From assembly GCA_965603825.1 (NCBI GenBank), contig CBFDEM010000028.1, forward strand, positions 496,001-560,000: a stretch of DNA of 64,000 bases, given 5' to 3'. The notes beneath the pieces were generated by a model that saw nothing but the letters and a program-made list of their open reading frames with translations, was not told the origin of the DNA and searched no databases. The position numbers were made by a program, and so were the translations under genes. The stretch comes from Blepharisma stoltei ATCC 30299. Taxonomy: Eukaryota > Protista > Ciliophora. Shown piece by piece: positions 13,350 to 25,349 of the stretch. How positions within the stretch are numbered: the stretch's first letter is position 1; each line of letters opens with the position of its first letter.

Positions 13350-16300
13350 CTAATATCGACCTTTACAGCGGATTTTTAAGATTTCTTGCTCTTTTAGTGT
13401 GAGAATTTCTTGAAATTCATATTCACGGGTTTGGATAAATCTTCGTTTGTTTTCAAGCTCGATAAGTAGTTCATCGATTAGGTCGCATTTCTGGGAAAGC
13501 TCAGATTCAAGCTCTTGTCTGAGGTTTTGTTCTTCGTATAGAGCTTGAAGGAGTTCTTGATGAGAAGATCGAGAAATATTTGAAAGGTATTTAGAGTGGT
13601 TAAGAAGTTTAGCTTGAAGTGTAGGCTTGCTTTGTTTGTATTCTTTTATTAGTTCTTGTGTGTATTTACTTTGAGATTCTAGCTCTTCTAAGGTTAATTT
13701 TTCTTTAATTTTAGATCCTAAAGATAAATTTTCTGAGTAGCTGAGACGACTTTCTCTTTTGGGACTATCCCTCTTTCTCCTGCCACCATTTTGACTATTA
13801 GAAGCAATTTTATAAAAATCTAGCTGCTTCCTTAAATTTTGGAGCTCTTTTTCGTAGTCCTCCACACTTTTTATTAAGTATCTCTTTTCAATTGTGAGTG
13901 ACTCAATTGTTTGCATATACGCATCTTCTTTCTGAGACCACTTTTTAGGAGTTTCTGTCTCTCCTACATCTTCTTTGCCACTCAAAGCATCAAATATTTT
14001 TTTAATTGCTTCTTTTGGCGAGACATCTCCTATTTTTTCTCTAGGATTTTTTTTTACATGACTATAAAGTTCTAATAAAGATTTTTTCCATTCATCACAG
14101 TCTTCACGAAATATTTTGATTGTATTTTTTAGATTTGTATTTTCCTCTTCTAAGATCTTTAAAGCCTCACTAAGATGAGAATTTTCATTCTTTAGCAGTT
14201 TTACTACATCTTCTATTGGAATTTCTTTAAGAAAAGTTTGATCTATTGAGTTTTGTAACTGAGAACTCTCTTTAGATTCTTCAAGATTTGGCAATGGAAT
14301 ATTTGAAAGCAAATTTGATACTTTAGATTGAAAAATTGGTTTTGCATTGACGTTTATTTGTTTGCTACTTTCGGCAGGAAAGGCTTTTAATTGAATTTTT
14401 TCTGGATCTGGAGGAAAACTTGATTTATTTTTTTCTCCACTTTTTGGATTTTCAAGCTGGTTTAATGCTGAGCCTTTTGAATACAGCTTTTGGCCAGTAT
14501 ATGATGAAAAAGATTCACTTCCAAAAGCTGTCATGCAGGATTTGGGACTAATTTTCGGTTTATTTAAGCTTTCATCTGATATATTTATAGATTGTGATCT
14601 TTCATCATTAATATGCTGAAAAGTAATGCTAAATTTTTCACTATCTCTCAATTTCTTATATTCTTCAATAAGAAGATTGATAAAAGCATCAGCATCTCTA
14701 ATATCAGAAAATGAAATCTGATGCTTTATATCAAATTCAGCGTTCCATTTTTCAAATTTCTCTTTTATACTCTCCATTATATTTTTAATCTCATTGGTTT
14801 CTTCAGTCTGCGATTCCTTTTCTATATAAGATTTTGCTTTATATTTGATTAACTTTTCTTCAAAATCTTTAATTTGATTATAAAGCAATTCTTTTTCATG
14901 TATTAACTGAGAATTTAATATTTGAAACTTTGCTTTTTCTTCGTTTAGTTTTGCGCACTCTTTTTGAGAGTTTTCATAATCGTTTATTAGTGAAGAATAT
15001 CTCTTTTCGAAGTCATCAAATCTAGACATGTATTCTTTGAGGTGTTTATCTTCTAAGGTGTGTGGAGCTGATGACTCTTTTAATTTTTTGAAATTAATTT
15101 CAGAGGAGATGAGCTCGTTTTGCAACTTTGCAATCTCGTTTTTAAGATGTTCGATTGATTCTATATTTTTTCTATCTTTCTCTTTGATTTCTTCATTTTC
15201 TCTTTTTAATTCGAAATTTTCAGTTTCTACTTCTTCAATCCCTACATTTTTCTTGAATCTGCTAATTATATTATCTTTTAATTGAATTTTATAATCCAAA
15301 TTCACAATTTCATTTTTCAGTCTACGATTAATTTCAATTAGATTTTCTATAGCCTCTTCTTTTTCTTGCAAAATTCTTGCTTGAGACTCTACATGCTGGG
15401 AACATTTTTTAGTTTCTCTATAAACTTCTGGCTTACTAGTAGTTCAATTGCATTCAATTTCTTTGGATTTTTTGCTTAATTTTGTTTGTTTTGAATAATT
15501 TTTTTCATTTAATTTTATTTCTAAATTTTTAATGGTCTCAAAACTTTTGCTAATTTCATCTTCTAATTCATTAATTTTTTGGGTTTTTTCTGATACTTTT
15601 GCTGATTCTTCATTCAGTTTTAGTATAATTTCGTTATTATTGTCTAAAAGTTTTTTTAATTGCTCTTTTGTTTTTTCATGATTTGATTTTTCTTTAGAAA
15701 AATGCTCAGCAATCTCTTTTTTCGTTTCATGCTCTTTTTTTAATCTTCCAGCTACTTCTCTGATTCTATAATTTAATTGGTCTTTAAGCTCTGATATTTC
15801 TTTGATTTGGCTTGAATTTCTATCAGATAGCTCTTTAATGCATTTATTGAGCTCCAAATTTTGATCTTCATACGCTTTCTCAATCCTTTCAATGCTTTCA
15901 TTTCTAATTTTTTTCCATTCATTACTTTCATAACCCTCTTTGCTCATCCTTTTTATATCTTGGTTAATAATTTTTTCATTTTCCAATAACTTATTTAGCT
16001 TTTTGATTTCTGAATTAAGTTTTAAGCATTCTACTTCCTTAATAATTTTTTCATTCTGATATGACTCATTATGAGTTTTCCAAGAATCAAGCATTGATGA
16101 TTGAATAAATTCAAGCTGCTCATTAATTTTGTAGTCAATGATTTCTGATATATTAAAATTTATTTTTGCAATTTCATCTTCTCCCAGCCCTGCCTTATTT
16201 AATAATTGTAGCAAATGATCACGAAGATCATATATTTCGCCTTTCTTGATCTTAATAATCTTTAGCTCTGATTCTAAATACTGATTTTTTAATGAGTATT

Positions 16301-16919
16301 CAAAGCAGATTTGCTTTAGATATACTAATTCTTCATCTATTTTATGATTTTTTTGAAAATAAAATCCATCTGACCTTGATTTTATTTCATCTGAGGTTTT
16401 TGTTAAAATTTCTTTTAAATTCCTGTTTTCTTCTTCTATTTCGTTAAACTTATATTGAAGGGTTTCAATTTCTTTCATTAATTCTTTAATTTCATTATTT
16501 TTACCTTGTATTTCTGACTCAAAAGTAGATTTAGATGCCTTAAATAATTCATCCAATTCAGGATTTTGAGTGTCTTTTTGTGCTAAAGTATTTCTCAATA
16601 TCTCAATTTCATATTCTTTTTCTTTAAGAATTTTTTTATATTTATTTCTTGAAAGAAGCCTTAATTCAGCTTCTAGCTGAGCTATAGTGTTGTCTCTAAT
16701 TTTCGTAATAGACCTAATGAGTTCGAAATTTTGCCTTGGTTTTAAAGGTTCCAAAAATATGTATCCGTATTTCTTTCAGAGTCTAGATGCGTTTTCTAAA
16801 TTTCCTGATGTAAGAGATTTATATAAATTTTGAGACTCTTCAAGACTAATCGAAATATCAGGCATGCATTCTCTTATAGGACTTCCTGAACGCTGAGCTT
16901 GGTCAGTCACTTTACTCAT
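13350..16919 (-). CDS. Large coiled-coil protein (~1,189 aa; 2 TGA=Trp)
   Basis: ORFs 15444..16754 and 13350..15371 share a frame and join through TGA; extends to ATG 16919 (MSKVTDQ). Confidence 0.75.
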
Positions 16920-17042
16920 ACTAATTTATAACTCCATTATTATTCTTAAAATTTTAATAAATTATTTAATATTTTATTAACGACATATATTAATTATTTA
17001 GGTTGTTATATATAATTTATAAATATAATTTTTTCAATTACA

Positions 17043-18620
17043 TTATGGCTTATTTATTTGGCTCTTTGCTGAACTCCTTCTTGATTTTTTTAGAGTTTCT
17101 TCTAATACAAGCGATTCATCTAATCCAACTAAGTCTTTAAGTTCGATTTCTTCCTCTGGAGTAATCTTAATAGATTTTCCTACCTCAGGAGCTTTATTAA
17201 TAATTATTGCCATACTCTCTCTTTTTACCTCAGACAAAAATTCTGGGATTTTTTCTTTATGAGAATAAACGCCTTGAAGAGCTTGCCTTACATCATTCCT
17301 TATTTTTCGTAAATTCTCTATAAACTCATTAGACACTACAATTTCTTCTGAATTTTCATTTTCCGTTAAAAATACGCCTGACCTTGCCGATTTGTGTATA
17401 CCACTAGCCATTTTTTCAGCCCATATTTTGATTTTGTTAGTAGTTTTATATAACTTTAGCCTCTTTGCTTCAAGTTCTTCAACCCTTTTTTTTGCTTTCA
17501 AAATTTCATTTCTTTTTTTTTCTTCTTCATTCGTCTTTGATTTCGGCTCGCTTTCTTCTTTATTTAAAATATCAATTTTTACCTGTAAACCTTCAATTTT
17601 TTGTTTATAGCCTGTGCATTCTGTTTCTTTTTGCTTTACAGAAACTAAAAGTTCTTGATATGACTGTTCCTTGGTTAAAAATCTCTCTACCATTGTTTCT
17701 ATATCTTTAAGCCCTGTCGAGATTTTCATTTTTATAAAAGCCTCTTCAAGAATTTTTCACTTTTCGTGCTCTTTTTGAAACTGAAAAGTCATCAAATTAA
17801 ACCACATCTTATGAATAAGGTATTTTTCTCTCAGACCAACTGAATGGGCACATTGGTCATCAATAATTGCTTTTTCAAGATATTCTTCTTGTCGTTTTTT
17901 ATTTTCCTCTTTTTTTATTATAGAGAGTTCTCTGTTTTTTAAGTCTTTTTCAGCATTATTTATAGCATTCAGTCTTTCCTGACTTTCATAATTAAGATTT
18001 GATTGGAATTTTGTCAAGGCAAAGCGACTTTGCAGCTTAGCTTCTTTAGATTTTAAACTTTTGTCAAATTCTAATTTCAAAACAGAGTTTTGAGACTGCA
18101 AGGTAGCTTTGAAATTTAAACTTTTTTTTTCAAGATGAAATAAAGCAGATTTCATTCTGTCTATTATGTGTAAATAAATTTGTCTATTTTTCTCTTCTTC
18201 GTCTTGCTGCTTTTTGGTTCATTCAATCCTGCTCTCAAGTTTTTCTGAATTTTTCAGGGTTTCTTCAACGCTGCTTTGCTTTTTAATTTTAAGCTCAGCT
18301 AAGTTATTCAGCTCCCTTCTCATAACAGACAAGACTTTATCTTCTTTTAAAAACGACTGTTTGCTTTTATCTAATCTTTTTCTAAGCAAAATGAGCCTAG
18401 CGGAAGCCTCCACTTTTTCTTGGCTTGGAAGAAAACATCTGACCTTCGGTATTGAATACGAAACATCAAGTAATTGTCCAGACTCATGATTATTCATAAA
18501 AAGCTTGATTTTTCTTTCAGTAGTCGAAGATATTGAAGTTTTATTTAAAGCTGTATTTGCCCTCCTCTGAGTTGTTCTCTTGACTGAAGAAGATCGTTTA
18601 TGTGCCGGTGATATTTCCAT
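17043..18620 (-). CDS. Outer dynein arm docking complex-like coiled-coil protein (ODAD1/CCDC114/CCDC151 family-like, ~525 aa)
   Basis: Three in-frame ORFs joined by TGA; EEAFIKMKISTGLKDIETMVERFLTKEQSYQELL resembles the ODA-DC core motif. Confidence 0.6.
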
Positions 18621-18711
18621 TAAGAATAATAAGCTAAGATAATAATAATAATTTGAATACGCCTTTTACTTTTAATCAAAAAACCTGCTTCATATTATCA
18701 AATAACTGAAG

Positions 18712-19563
18712 ATGAACATGGATAACTTAATAGCGTATATATTAAGCAACCCAGGCAGATACCCTGGAAGTCATCTTTATCCTCAGCCAAGGTCAAATCA
18801 GTCCGTCAAACCATTAGAGCCCGCCTCACAAATGCAACTGATATGGAAGGCAACAGTTGAGTACATCCACGAAAAAATATTAGAAGGCAAAGGAGTCAAT
18901 ATAAAAGGATTTGGAGCTTTCACCTTTGACATAGAGACGAAGCTTGCACCAGTCACTGCTATAAACCCTACAAGTGGCGAAATAGACGACCAGAGGCTTG
19001 ACCGCAAACACCTGCATAAAAACCGTCCAGTATTTATTCCTGACCCATCTTTACAAAGTGTTCTATTAAGATATCACGGAAAAAATCAGGTCGAAAAACC
19101 AGCAAGTCAACGGTCGGTTTTCCAAAGAGGATTCCAAATGATATTTTGCAACCCTGTCCCAATAGCCCAAGCGTGCTATATAGATAAAAATGTAGTTGTA
19201 GATACCCATAGAGCTATATTTTCCGCTATAAAAGAATTGGCGACTGCTGGAAGGTCAATTACGATTCCCTTTAACTTTGCAGTGATTATTATAAGCAATT
19301 TAACATTAGAAACGAGATTTAACCAGAATTTTGCTCAAAATACGAACAGCAAGTATTATGAAGCAAAAATGAGGAAATCTGATGTACCGTGTGCAACCTT
19401 CTGGCAGACAACGTCACAAGATAAATGGAGATCATCAGCTCTTTCGTCATTGTGGTCAAAGCCAGATAGAAGAGAAGTCCAGACTATGAACGAAAAAACT
19501 TTAGCGTTAAAAATCATGAGTTTAGATCTAGCAAGCTCAGTGAGACCAAAAACAACCCTTTAA
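18712..19563 (+). CDS. CCDC81: CCDC81-like HU-fold centrosomal/ciliary protein
   Basis: IWKATVEYIHEKILEGKGVNIKGFGAFTF, RPVFI and a second HU-like segment. Confidence 0.72.
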   Translation: MNMDNLIAYILSNPGRYPGSHLYPQPRSNQSVKPLEPASQMQLIWKATVEYIHEKILEGKGVNIKGFGAFTFDIETKLAPVTAINPTSGEIDDQRLDRKHLHKNRPVFIPDPSLQSVLLRYHGKNQVEKPASQRSVFQRGFQMIFCNPVPIAQACYIDKNVVVDTHRAIFSAIKELATAGRSITIPFNFAVIIISNLTLETRFNQNFAQNTNSKYYEAKMRKSDVPCATFWQTTSQDKWRSSALSSLWSKPDRREVQTMNEKTLALKIMSLDLASSVRPKTTL

Positions 19564-19663
19564 TATACTGATTAATGGAATTATCTTAATGATAAATTTA
19601 CTTGATAGTAAATAGAGAAATGGCTTAAGTTTTTATAGTCTCATAATAAAATTAATTTAAATT

Positions 19664-21991
19664 CTAGATATTGCTTCTATCATTATTTGGACATCCTTGA
19701 GTCAAAATATGGTTTTTCCATCCTTCGATACCTGGCTCTACATCTTCGTGGCATAGCGGACATCTTGTCGCAATTTTTGGAGGTTTCGCTGCATAGCATG
19801 ACTGCTCTTCGACATGCTGCTCAAATTCATCAGCATGAATCGCTTCTTTGCACCTTGGGCATTGTGACATTACGCTTTTTAGATCGCATTCTTTCATTAA
19901 ATGGCTATTTAAATCAAAGATTTCTATAACTTGACTGCAATATGGACAAGACACCAGCATAGGGCAATCTTTTCAGTAGTGGATATCTAAATTGTCCTCA
20001 TTCGCAAAAATCGTATCTTTTTTCCCACAGAACTGGCAAAATGGCATAGCAGCTGGAGGATTTGTAGACTTTCTTTTAGGAGCATTAATAGGCTGCTGCC
20101 TGGGAGGTGGCTGGGACACCATTATATTAGGAGCGTTCCCTCCATCAATATCCTGCATCCCTTTTTCCAGCATTTCTAGCTGTGCTGGTCTTAAATCTGA
20201 CAAATAAGGCTGAAGTTTTTGTCCTATACATGCATAAATCGACATAAGCAAATTAAACGCTGCATTTCTTACATCTTGGCTAGTATTTTTAAACCCATTA
20301 AGTGCATATTCAGCTACAGGCTGAAATGGTACATAGGAGTTATCAATTTGGAACTCTTTTACAATATTATCCAACAAATTAAGTCTCCCAATTATATGCT
20401 TTTGCGATGTTGATTTATCTTTCATAGGCTTCAAAATGCTTTGTACAGCTGGGCCTACTCCTACCACATCACTTCTTGTAAGTGATATAAAGGTTTGTTC
20501 AGCGCTTTCTCTTACCCTTGCATTATTATCTCCAACTTTATCTAGAAGTGAGCTAAGGATACTTTGTATATGCTCAGGGACATCACCTCTTACAACTGCA
20601 CGTGTTGGAGCGATACTGTTAAGTAAAGTATTTATAAGACCCATTGATTTTAAAGAGACTTGGGCAACTTTGTCACCTACTGTGTATCTAACAGCTCCGA
20701 GAACTCCTGAATATATGTTTGAGTTATCAGAGCCTCCAAAAATCTGGCTTGAAGACCCTTGAGAAACTTCATTTTGGATTATCCCAAGCCCATCCTCTCG
20801 AAACTGCCAAGCTTTAGAAAAAATTCTTCTGCAAAGATCTTCCCCTAGTATAGGGAGCAGCGGGTCGGCAAATTTAGACTGTTGGACACCTAAAGGCTCT
20901 GGAGGGTTATCAAGATTAGGAGGCAAATTTTCTTCTTCTTCGCCGCCAAAAATTTGTCCTGGGGCTCTGCCGTTGCTCATTGTAGGGATTACTTGTTCAT
21001 CGTGGGATACTTTGGATTTGGGCTCAGGCAAGAGCTGGTTGGTTCTTCGTTCAAAAGGATCATAGTCAGGCATGCTGCCTATCTGTTGAGGAGGAGGAAA
21101 TTGAGAAGGTTGAGGCCTTGATGAAGGGCGGCCTCCTATACCTAAAGGCTGAGGACCACCTGAAAACGGTCTATGCGAGCTCTGCTGTACTGGTGCAAAA
21201 TAAGTATCAGGCATTGGAGGCAAAACGGCATTTCTCATTCTTTCTATTTCAATTTTCAAAATTTTTGCCCCATCATAATCTTCACTTGCAATTGCATTTC
21301 TTTTTCTGTCTTCTAGCATCAAAAGTTCATATCCAACCGACTTTAGTCTTTCAATGGCGTCTTTAATTCGTTTAGCTTCATCAAAATCTTCGTTTTCAAT
21401 AGCTCTATCTTTAGCTTCATATAATTGTTTAAGCCTGTCATTTGTAGCTGAGTCGAATTCCATTTCATTTTCTAGTCTAGGCTGAATTCCTTTTGATGGT
21501 CCTTTAATGCTACCAAGTTCTTCACCTAAACAATTAATTGCAATTAGCCCAACCTGGTTGAAAATATTATACTTGTTAACGTGGCACTTATTCAGAGAAA
21601 CTTTTAGAAATAAAGCTTGGGAGTCAATATAAACTGATTTTAGCTCTCGTGCCTGAAATCCTGATTTTTCGTTATTATCTAATGAGAGATATCCAAGACG
21701 ATTTCATTTGAAATTTTCTAATGGAGGGATTGAGCTAGGGTTTTCAGGCAAATATGTAAAAAGCTCAATTCTTGTGGCAATTTTTGACTGATGTGATAAA
21801 AATTGAAGCTGCTGGATTCGAACTGGAGCTATGAACTGTAAAATTATTATTTGAGGAAAATCTTGAAATCGGGCTGATTGTCAGCCTGTGCTGTGTGGTC
21901 CATGGTTTAACAGTTGAGTTACTGGGAATTCATTATCTTCGCTGCTACAAAATACAATGCGGAATTTAAGTTTAGAGAGCTGGCTGCTCAT
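19664..21991 (-). CDS. CEP104: Centrosomal protein CEP104 (jelly-roll, TOG, zinc-finger array; ~775 aa)
   Basis: G(W=TGA)QSARFQDFPQ, RLGYLSLDNNEKSGFQARELKSVYID, NKYNIFNQVGLIAIN, TOG FSKAWQFRE, LDIHY(W=TGA)KDCPML, RCPLCH. Confidence 0.95.
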
Positions 21992-22066
21992 TTTTATTTA
22001 AAAATGAAATTAGGTAAACACTTAACAGTTACAGATAAGAATAATAATATAATAGATCTAATAGAT

Positions 22067-22300
22067 ATGCAAAATACCGAAAATATGGAAAGAAATATCG
22101 ATTATGCAATAAAAATTGCACTGGTAGCAGACAATTAAACTGAAAAATCATGTCTAATGACACTTTATGTAGATGCAGGCTTCTGTGAACATTATAATTG
22201 ATTTTAAAAAAATTAATTGGAATTCAAGGAAAAAGAATCAGGCTGCAGCTATGAGATAGCGGATAGAAGCATTCCCAATGAGATTCAAAACACAAAAATT
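22067..22300 (+). pseudogene. Decayed Rab GTPase N-terminal fragment
   Basis: Across two frameshifts and in-frame stops reads DYAIKIALVADN*TEKSCLMTLY...IDFKK/LIGIQGKRIRLQL(W)DSG*...RFKT, collinear with Rab G1-G3; end coordinate approximate. Confidence 0.65.
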
Positions 22301-22379
22301 ATACGTTATCCAGTTACACCATATTAGTAAATATAAGATTGATAAAGAATTTCTATATATGATTATGATAAAATCTTAA

Positions 22380-23648
22380 TTATCTTCTGTGCTTCTTTTC
22401 TTTATGCTTGTGCCTTTTAGGGCTTTCTCTATTCCGATACTTAGACTCAGGCGATTTTCTTTCTTTCGACCTTTTTCTGCTTCTATGTGGGCTGCTTTTC
22501 CTTTTCTCTTCTGGGCTTCTGCTTCTTTTTCTCTTTGTCTCTTCTTCTTTTACAATTTCTTCAATCTCCATCTTACCTTCTTCTTTAGCAGTCTGATTTT
22601 CTACTTCAAAAACCTGATAATCAGGGACTTCTTTTTGTTCAGCTTGCTCTATTTTTAAGCACAGCTCCAATCCGCTATTGCTATCAAGCTCTTCAACAGG
22701 TTGTGTCAATGAATTATGAGGAATCGGATGATCTAGATGCTGGGTATCCACAAAGCTTACATCAGCCCTTCTAAGCCACTTTACACTGATAAACTCACTT
22801 GAGCCTCATATATCATTTTTCTTATGAATGATAGGTGACATCATAACGCCACAGCCATGAAATTGTCCAGCAGCGCTATTAACAAAAATAACTATAACAT
22901 TTTTGCCTGGCTGGAAGCTTGAATTTAGCTTAAATGAGTTATCTGGAGGAATAGGGTAGGTTGAGGTCTTTAAAGAGGTTTCAAGGGTTTGAGGATTATA
23001 GACTTGCAATAAGAAATATTTAGCTGATTCCAGAAATTCAGTAATCCCTGCAGACTTGTCTCTGACTTCTCTCAGCTTGTCTTCAATACTTAGTAAGAAT
23101 TTTTCTAGCTGCTTATCGCTGATAATTTCTAAATCTTTGCTGCAAGCTGGACATTTTGTAGTAAAACAAGTCTGACAAGCTGTATATCCACAGCACGTAG
23201 TGATATATGGATTTTTCAGGATTTTGTTACATAGCTGGCAGGCTAAAATGCTTGGGAGTTTTCCAGTAATAATTATTTTTGCTAGTTTTGAGGAAACTGT
23301 TTCTTCTTCTCTTGGCTTTATTGTTTGATTATTTTGTGCTGGGCCAGCTTCAGCAGGAATGATAGGTATAGGTGTTGGTATGGCGCTAGACACTCTTTTC
23401 CCAATAATATAAGTCCCAGCTGGTATCAGCTCATTTTCTTCTTTATATTCTTCTTCATTTGTACTATGCAATAATGATAAGCTGTAATTTTGGTTAGGGC
23501 CTTTTTTCTTCTGAGTCCCATCATCTTTAAGCTTTTTTATTTCAGCGATTTTGTCTTTAAGCTCTCTGACTGAGATTTCTGCACCTTCAATAGGAATGAT
23601 GCATCTCTCTCTTTCACTTTTAAACCTGAAGAAAATTGCAGCACTCAT
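22380..23648 (-). CDS. RBBP6: RBBP6/Mpe1-like protein: DWNN - RING - YTH-like - RS-rich tail (~422 aa)
   Basis: DWNN IFFRFKS...EEYKEENELIP; RING CQLC...CCGYTACQTC...CPAC; YTH-like AKYFLL...KLNSSF...NVIVIF...GQFHG...VKWL; joined via TGA 22806. Confidence 0.8.
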
Positions 23649-23697
23649 CTATTTAATAATCATATTTTAATTTAAGGGTTTATGTAAATATATAAAG

Positions 23698-24600
23698 TTA
23701 TTTATTCTGCATTGATTTTTCTAAGAATGCTCGGATTGTCTCTGTGGTGCTCATCATGATAGCGACGTTAGGGGTATGGAATAATATCCTTGCTAAGGAG
23801 CCTTGAAATAAGGCTAGAAATCCTTCATTCTTAAAAATTAACAAAATCCCATGAAACATATTGTTGTATTTAAAAAGCTTTACTTCTGAATTTTGGCTTG
23901 CTCTTACACATTGCATCCTAACTTTTGCCATATCAAGTGGGTTTGTGATAACAGAGGAAATCGATCCTGCTGCTGCAGAACACAGCAAGCTAGGCCAAAA
24001 GCTAATTTCTTTCTGTGCCCCAACAGTTCAATACTTAAACTTCTCATAAAACATAAAATATAGTGCTGAAAAAGGTCCAAAAGAGCACACTGTAGCTCCA
24101 TATGCTCGATAAATCCCTCTTAGTCCTTCTGTGTTTAGGATTATTTTGAAAGCGTCAATGCCTCCTTTATAGTTATAAATATTCAAATTGCTTTGAACTT
24201 GAAGCCTCTCTTTAACTACATCTATAGGAACGAAGATTGCACATGATACAGTTTCAGCAAAAATCCCTGAACAAAAGTGTGCTCAAAAAGTGCTTTTTTG
24301 TGCAGCTTCAGACTTTAATAATTTTTTCTTAGCAAATTCATAAGCTGACATATAAACACAAACCCCAGGAGCAGATCCAGCAGATGCTATAAAAAAGCCT
24401 CGATAAAGACCTCTTACTCCTTCTTCAGCCAAAGTTTTACTTACAGTCGACCTTATTGTTATCTTTTGGTTTGTTAAGGAAGCTTGCTGGACTTGAAGTT
24501 TTGCTTTAAGAGTGTCTATAGGGTGGACAAATAAGCGGGAAAGACTTCCTGCTATTATGCTTGAAAGAGAAGTGATTAGAATAGGATATTGGTCTGACAT
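23698..24600 (-). CDS. Mitochondrial carrier (SLC25 family, 300 aa; 2 TGA=Trp)
   Basis: Three Px[DE]xx[KR] signatures: PIDTLKAKLQ, PIDVVKERLQ, PLDMAKVRMQ. Confidence 0.93.
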
Positions 24601-25034
24601 GTTCTATTAGTTGATTTAATAATGATAAAGTAACACGCATGTAACAAAGTTTTTTAATTAATTTAGCCTAATTCAAAAATTATATCAATAAAATTATTGG
24701 AGTAAAATGTTTTGGGAATTGTTGCGGTTTAAACTGATTTGAATAGCAAGGATTAGCAAACCATTAAATAATTAACCAAAACAGAGCAATTGCTAGAAAT
24801 TTAAGAAGCCATAAACTGCAAATATGCAATTTGGTGGGAAAAATTTTGGTTGAAAGAAACCTTGGACAACCTAAAAATATATAAATACTCTTGGAGATAC
24901 GCCTATTTCTCCAAATAAGCCACAAATTTAGCCTCTAGCCTCCATTTCCTAAGACCCGTTATCTTTTTGACGACTCTTGTAAAAGTTTGAAGATTAAGAA
25001 GGATACGGAAATTATATGAATTATGAAGACTGGA

Positions 25035-25115
25035 GACTATGAAGATTATTAAAACTATGAAAACTATGAAGATCATGAGAACTGCAATGATTGCGTGGAC
25101 TTTGAGGATTATGAT
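25035..25115 (+). repeat. Degenerate 9-bp tandem repeat, 9 copies (consensus ~RAYTATGAA)
   Basis: GACTATGAA GATTATTAA AACTATGAA AACTATGAA GATCATGAG AACTGCAAT GATTGCGTG GACTTTGAG GATTATGAT. Confidence 0.6.
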
Positions 25116-25349
25116 TGATTGGTAAAACAAATAAAGAAATATAGGAGTCATTAAAACAAGAAAAAATAGCTGAAGAAGATTAGTCCAGTTGATGGACCTA
25201 AAAATAAATAAATATAAAAGAAACCATAAACTGTAAAAGGTTTTTCAATTTTTTTTTAGAATTCGATTTCAATTGCTGAAGCTGTGAATAATTGAGATTT
25301 CTAATATTATAAGGCATAATTATGTTTCATATGGTTTTCATCTTATAAA

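Noticed and set aside
16921-16932. Possible 12-nt intron GTTATAAATTAG linking an upstream ATG
   Set aside because: Wrong length and no GTA/TAT consensus; ATG 16919 suffices
18661-18670. U5 snRNA loop-like GCCTTTTAC
   Set aside because: No flanking stem or Sm site; lies in a 91-bp divergent spacer
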